Assembly: GCF_009914755.1 (NCBI RefSeq)
Contig: NC_060928.1
Origin: the human T2T-CHM13v2.0 reference genome, Homo sapiens
Length of the DNA: 64,000 bases
Strand: one strand, 5' to 3'
Shown: piece after piece, positions 58,286 through 64,000 of the stretch
Layout of the letters: each line of letters opens with the position of its first letter
Numbering within the stretch: position 1 is the stretch's first letter
Made by a program: the position numbers and the translations under genes
Notes under the pieces: model-generated
The model's database searches: none
What the model was told of the DNA's origin: nothing
What the model saw: the letters and a program-made list of their open reading frames with translations, nothing else

Positions 58286-59285
58286 ACAAAAGATTTGTAT
58301 AAAATTTGTCAAACATTAGAATTATTCTCAACTTTAAAAGGTAGTATAACAAATAATATCATGAAACTTTTTATAGATGCCTCCTGGAGCACAGGTGCAA
58401 GAGATTCTCAGGGATATACACCTAGAAATAGAATTGTTACATAATATGGTATGAGTAGTTTCATTCCTGTTAGGACAAGCAAAATTGCTTTCTAAAGCAG
58501 TTGTATCAATGTGCACTCCCATCAAAGTATACAAGTGTTCCAGTTACTTCATATCATCACCAACACTAATATTTCAGGCTTAATATTTTACTAATCTGGT
58601 CAGTATAAGTTAATTTATCACTGTGGGCTCAATTTTAATTCCACTGATTATTTAAAAGTTTAACATCCTCATATATTTAATGGTTATTAAAGTTTTATTT
58701 ACTAGGAATTGTGTCTTTTGCCCATGTTATTGGGTAATTTTTAAAGCATTGTAGATGGCTCCTATATATTCTAAATTTATAAGTTATGTTAGTTTAAACA
58801 TCTTCTTTCAGTTCATGATTTGTCTTCATACTTGTTATAATTTATTTTAATGAATAGGTATTCTTATTTTGATACAGTCGCATGTGTCGGTCTTTACCTA
58901 TGGTAATCATGCCTCTGATTTGAGAAATCCTTTACTAGCTTTATGTTTTAAAATATTTGCTTATAAGTTCTGTAAACTTTATAGGTTTTCCTTTCATATT
59001 TAAATTTTCAATTCATCAGATCTTTGTTCATGCTGTGAGGTAGATACCCAGTTTCATTTTTTGGCATAAGTGTAGTTAATTATCTCAGCATGTATTGTTG
59101 TAAAGTTATTTCTTTCTGCAATGACTGACAATACCATTTGTGCTATAAGTCAGGTTTTCTTAACAGTGATATTTGTTTCTTGTCCTTCTGCTTAATTGTT
59201 CAATATATCTAGTCTCTGGTAATATTACACATTTTAAAATCTTAGATGAATAATTAATTATTGTTGTAGTATAATACAGGTACTC

Positions 59286-59629
59286 TGTTATGGACAGCAT
59301 GCTTGTGTTTCCCCAACATTTATATGCTGAAATTCTAATCCCCAACATGATGGTATTTGGGGATAGGGCCTATGGGAGGTAATTAGGTTAGGAGGGTGGA
59401 AGCTTTGTGATGAGATTAGCGACCTTATATCAAAAGAAACAAAAGAGCTTGCTTCCTCTCACTCTCCACCAAGACAGAATACCGCAAGATGTGCGTCTGC
59501 AAATCAGGAAGAGGACCCTCAACAGGAACTGAATCAGCCAGCACCTTGATCCTGAACTTCCTGCCTTTAGGACTGAAATTTCTCTTGTGTTTTTGGGACT
59601 TGTTACAGCAGACTGCGCTGACTAAAACA
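59286..59629 (+). mobile_element. MLT1A-like LTR
   Basis: tgttatggac...gaaattctaatccccaacatgatggtatttgg...cagcaccttgatc...gactaaaaca. Confidence 0.88.
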
Positions 59630-60275
59630 CCACCACTTCCTGTTATTTTTGCATTATGATTGTCTTGCTATTTCTTGATTATTAATGTTTTATATAAAGT
59701 TTAGAATTCCTTGAAAGACTGTTGTGGGACTTTGGAATCATATTTAACCCATATATCTATTTGGAGAGAGTTATAATCTTTGCTGTATTTAATCTTTCCA
59801 CGTAAGAATATGTTATATATCTAAATTTGTTATTAAAGTCTTTCAAAAATTTAACAGTTTTCTCCCTATACTACTGGCACACATTCTTCTAGATTGATCG
59901 TTTATTTTTCATATTATTTTAAATATTAAAATAACTATTTACATTATATTAATTGGTGTACTTTAATATAATTTCTTATTTGTTGGTGGTATGTAGAAAT
60001 GTACCCAATTTTTGTATATTAATTTTGCACTGGGCAAACATTCAAAATTCTATAGTTCTTTGTGATTGTAGCCATAGATTCATTTGATTTTACTAGAGAA
60101 TAGTATTATCTGCATTGCTTGAGAATTTTTCCTTCTTTCTGGAACTTTTCATTATAACTATTTGATTTTTAAAATCTATGTGAACTACACTATTTACCAC
60201 AATAATGGATAAAAGTGATGAGCATGAGGACCATTAAAATTGCGTATAATGCACACTCTTAAAAATAATGCTTTC

Positions 60276-60588
60276 GGCCAGGCGCGGTGGCTCACGCCTG
60301 TAATCCCAGCACTTTGGGAGGCCGAGGTGGGCGGATCAAGAGGTCAGCATATCAATACCATCCTGGCTAACACGGTGAAACCCCGTCTCTACTAAAAAAC
60401 ACAAAAAATTAGCCAGGCGTGATGGCGGGCGCCTATAGTCTCAGCTACTTGGGAGGCTGACGCAGAATGGCGTGAACCAGGGAGGCAGAGCTTGCAGTGA
60501 GCTGCGATTGCGCCATTGCTCTCCAGCCTGGGCAAGAAGGCAAGCCTCTGTCTCAAAAAATAAAAAATAAAAACATAAAAAAATAAAT
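60276..60588 (+). mobile_element. AluY
   Basis: ccatcctggctaacacggtg, gaatggcgtgaacc, gagcttgcagtg, with TSD aaaataatgctttc. Confidence 0.95.
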
Positions 60589-60606
60589 AAAATAATGCTT
60601 TCAATG

Positions 60607-61018
60607 TAATATAGTTTGGGTATGTGTCCCTTCTTAAACTCATGTTGAGATGTAATCCTCAGTGATGGAAGTGGGGTCCAGTGGAAGGTGTTTGGTTCAT
60701 GGAAACAGATCCTTATTGGGCAACTTAACACCATCCCAATGGTAGAGTGTTTTTCTCGCTGGGAGTTCACACAAGAAGGACCAGTTAAAAGTTTGTGGTA
60801 CCTTCTCCACTCCTTCCTGCTGATCTTGCCACGTGAGACACCTGCTCCTCCTTTGCCTTCTGCCATGATTGTAAGCTTCCCGAGGCCCTCACTGGAATCT
60901 GATGCCAGTGCTATGCTTCTTGTACAGCCTGCAGAACCATGAGCCAGTTAAACATCTTTTCTTATAAATTACCCAGCCTCAGTATTTCTTTATAGCAATG
61001 CAAGAATGGCCTAACACA
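60607..61018 (+). mobile_element. MSTB-like MaLR solo LTR
   Basis: tatagtttgg...tgtacagcctgcagaaccatgagcc...aattacccag, with TSD caatg at 60602-60606 and 61019-61023. Confidence 0.92.
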
Positions 61019-61584
61019 CAATGTTTCATCATGAATTATAAAATTTTGAAAGAGATTTTTGTAGATAACCATTTATCAAGTTAAGAATGTTCACTTTTAT
61101 TTCTAATTATTTTTGGTTTTAAATTTTTAATAACCACAAATGTTGAGTTTTTATTGTATTTTTCTTCATCTATTGAGATGATATTATTTTTCTTCAATTC
61201 TCAATATGATACACTATCTCATTTCTTTCATGTTAAATCAACAACATATTGTGAATAAATATAATTTCTTCCTAATATACTTTTACTTAAGAGTCACTAG
61301 ATTTTGCATGTTAAATTGTCTTTAAAATTCTGTGTTTATTTTAATAAGTGAGGTCACCTGTAATCATTTTACGTACTGTCCTTGTATGTTTTGATATATA
61401 GGATATGTTAATCCTAAAAAAATAGTGGTAATTGTTCCCTATTTTCTATAATCTGAATTTCAATATAGAAAATGACATTACTTATTTCTTGAGTACATAT
61501 ACTTGTTGGTAAAAATAATTTCTGAGCTAAGTGTTTCCATCTTGGAAGACAACCAATATTTTTTAAGCTATAAAATATATAAGA

Positions 61585-61860
61585 TTTTTTTTTTTTTTTG
61601 AGACGGAGTCTCGCTCTGTTGCCCAGGCTAGGGTGCATTGGTGTAATCTCGGCTCACTGTAACCTCCGCCTCCCAGGTTCAAGCAATTCTCCTGCTCAGC
61701 CTCCTGAGTAGCTGAGATTACAGGCACCTGCCACCACGCCTGGCTATTTTTTGTATTTTTAGTAGAAACGGGGTTTCACCATATTGGTCAGGCTGGTCTC
61801 GAACCCCTGAGCTCGTGATCCACCTGCCTCGGCCTCCCAAAGTGCTGGGATTACAGGCGT
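61585..61860 (-). mobile_element. AluS
   Basis: Poly-T plus dimer, missing the first about 20 bp of the Alu 5' end. Confidence 0.93.
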
Positions 61861-62146
61861 CATAAAAATAAATTTTTAATTTATTTTGTAGTCAGCTTTT
61901 CAAGTTAATACTGAATTTGAAATTCATTTGTTTGCCTTATCTTTTCAAAATAATTATCATTTTTAAAAATTAAACATTAATTATGTGTGAAAACACAGGT
62001 ACCTACATTATGTCCTCTTTTTCCATGCCTATCATTGTATATATTTGCTTTGTCTCTTTTTTCCTGAAGAATAACGCTTTGCTTGTTTTATGTCTTTCCA
62101 AATCACCATCTTCTAAGTCATATTTTGTATTTCTATTAGTTGTTCA

Positions 62147-62310
62147 TTTTTTTTAAAGATGGGATCTCACTATGTAGCCCAGGCAAGAGTGCAGTGGCTA
62201 TTCACAGGTGTGATCATAGTGCACTCCACCCCAAACTCCTGACCTCAAACAATCCTCCTGCATTAGCCTCCTGAGTAGCTGGGACTCCAGGTGCATACCA
62301 CGATGCCCAA
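62147..62310 (-). mobile_element. FAM (fossil Alu monomer)
   Basis: Diagnostic gtgcagtggctattcacagg (cctgtgaatagccactgcac on the sense strand), retained from 7SL and absent from dimeric Alus. Confidence 0.9.
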
Positions 62311-62580
62311 ATCATTATTTTTTATTTCCTTAAATATGTTCATTTATATTTGTATATTTGCACTTTCATCTGTATTTATTCTTTTCTCCTGAAGTTTGGT
62401 ATTTAGGTCATATTTTCCAGATTCTTTCATTTTATTATAAATATGAACATAAGATCTCATGTATATTCTGCATTAGTTATACATATTAATTTAGTTATTT
62501 ATAATTTAGTTATTTATAGTTTATAATTTAGTTATTTATAATTTTCATCATTTTCTACTTATTTTATAATTTTTTCAAAT

Positions 62581-62830
62581 TATTTTATAATTTTTATTTA
62601 AAATTTGTCTATCTCAAATGGCATTATCAAAGTAATTATTAATATAGGGTTTTCTATTATCTTGCTTTATTATTTATTTATTTATTATTTATTTATTTAT
62701 TATTTGTTTATTACTTATTTTATAATTATTTATTTTATAATTTTTACTTAAAATTTGTCTATCTCAAATGGCATTATCAAAGTAATTATTAATATAGGGT
62801 TTTTTATTATCTTGCTTTATTATTTATTTA
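62581..62830. repeat. 100 bp direct duplication with 50 bp AT-rich spacer
   Basis: 62581-62680 and 62731-62830 differ at 2 positions. Confidence 0.95.
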
Positions 62831-64000
62831 ATTGTATCTGTGATCCTAGACAGTTGTGATTTATTGTATCAATTTTTTGAAATTTAATACTTAATTTTTT
62901 ATCCTTTTTGTACCTTAATCAATATATATTCCTGTTAGTTTTCATATGATAAACTTGTTCATTAAATGAACCTTGTTAAAATCATATACAGCCTAATTAT
63001 TTTTGTCTTCTTTAATTACTGATGTGTCTATTTTTTCTTTTAATATGTCAGTGTTTGCGGTCTAGATATGTAGATGAGAGGCATATATGGATGAATGTAT
63101 ACATAGATAAGTAGGTATATAGATCTTTGCTCATTTTACTTTCACCTTTCTGTTGGCTGTTTTAGATGTTTCTTTTGAACAGCATATATGTAGATAGTTC
63201 TGGAAGAGTCCATTTTTGATAAACTTTATGTTTCTTAACTCAATTATTTTGTCTAATTATATTTATTGTAATTATTAATCTATATACAGTTATTTTTAAT
63301 TGTATGGGTTGTCCTTAAAATTTTCTCAAATATGACAGAACTTTCACAACTTGGGAATAATCTTGTAAACAGTGAATAGTTATTTTGCTCCAAAAAAGAG
63401 CAAAAATTTGGGTTTATATAAGAAGTATTGGGAAATATCCTGTACCATTCTCACCTGTTTGATTACACTTGTAAAAGCTTAGAGGTTAAAACTAGTTAAA
63501 AGCAAGTCATTGAGTCTTTGATTCAACAACAATAAAACATTCTCAACTTTTCTACATTTTTGACGTTTTCTGCCTTTGTGATTATTTGTTCTCATGCAAT
63601 TTTCTCCTCAATTTAGTCAAAATTAACTGTTATATTTCTTTTTAGTTTTTTCTTAAAAGTTTTAATTCTCACTTATTTAAGTCAGTTGATATTATTACCT
63701 TTATCACAAATAGTATTTAGAATACCTTATATTTTATCATACTTTTCTCAAATTTTTCCAAATCATCACCCATTATTGCAATTTAATATTTTCAATTCCT
63801 ACAAGGAATATTAATATTGGCTTATTCAAGCAATGTTTATTTTCATTACTGACATGCACATTATATTCTTTGCTTTTTGTTCTTCATTGTATAATCATGA
63901 ATATACTTCTAAATTCTTTTCATTCTGATATAATTATATCCTAAGAAATTTCAGAAGATGTGAGTCCATTTCTGGCAGTCGCATATGCTGTTTTCTTAAC

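Larger units (their letters stand above)
57380..61560 (-). mobile_element. Ancient L1ME (3'UTR-ORF2) fragmented by at least five later insertions
   Basis: Antisense L1 sequence resumes after each insert, e.g. tctcagggatatacacctagaaatagaattg and tttgtagataaccatttatcaagttaagaa. Confidence 0.7.

Noticed and set aside
60392-60942. 141 aa ORF and overlapping ORFs
   Set aside because: Chance read-through of AluY and MST sequence. The same applies to other Alu-derived ORFs ([17 protein letters not shown] motifs).

Overview
Very AT-rich, CpG-depleted primate (most likely human) DNA from a gene desert or large intron. I find no protein-coding gene, structural RNA gene or CpG island. Nearly all ORFs in the track are chance frames in Alu, L1 or low-complexity sequence. 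The ORFs with real homology are decayed retroelement or transposon genes: a 3.75 kb LTR-less HERV-K (HML-3-like) pro-pol-env fragment, the internal ORF of a complete THE1A nested in Tigger1, and an L1PA ORF2 piece. Other repeats are Alus with TSDs, a FAM monomer, older L1M/L1PB pieces, MaLR/ERVL/ERV1 solo LTRs, MER11, MER44 and MER58. I see no evidence of a new gene system. The most unusual signal is a cluster of apparent repair or template-switch scars: three retroelement fragments truncated at both ends (HERV-K, HERV-H, L1PA), a 160 bp local inverted copy pasted into an L1, a near-perfect 30 bp hairpin inside an L1, and a recent 100 bp duplication with filler. Family and subfamily names come from recalled consensus sequences, not a database run, so subfamily calls and boundaries are approximate.
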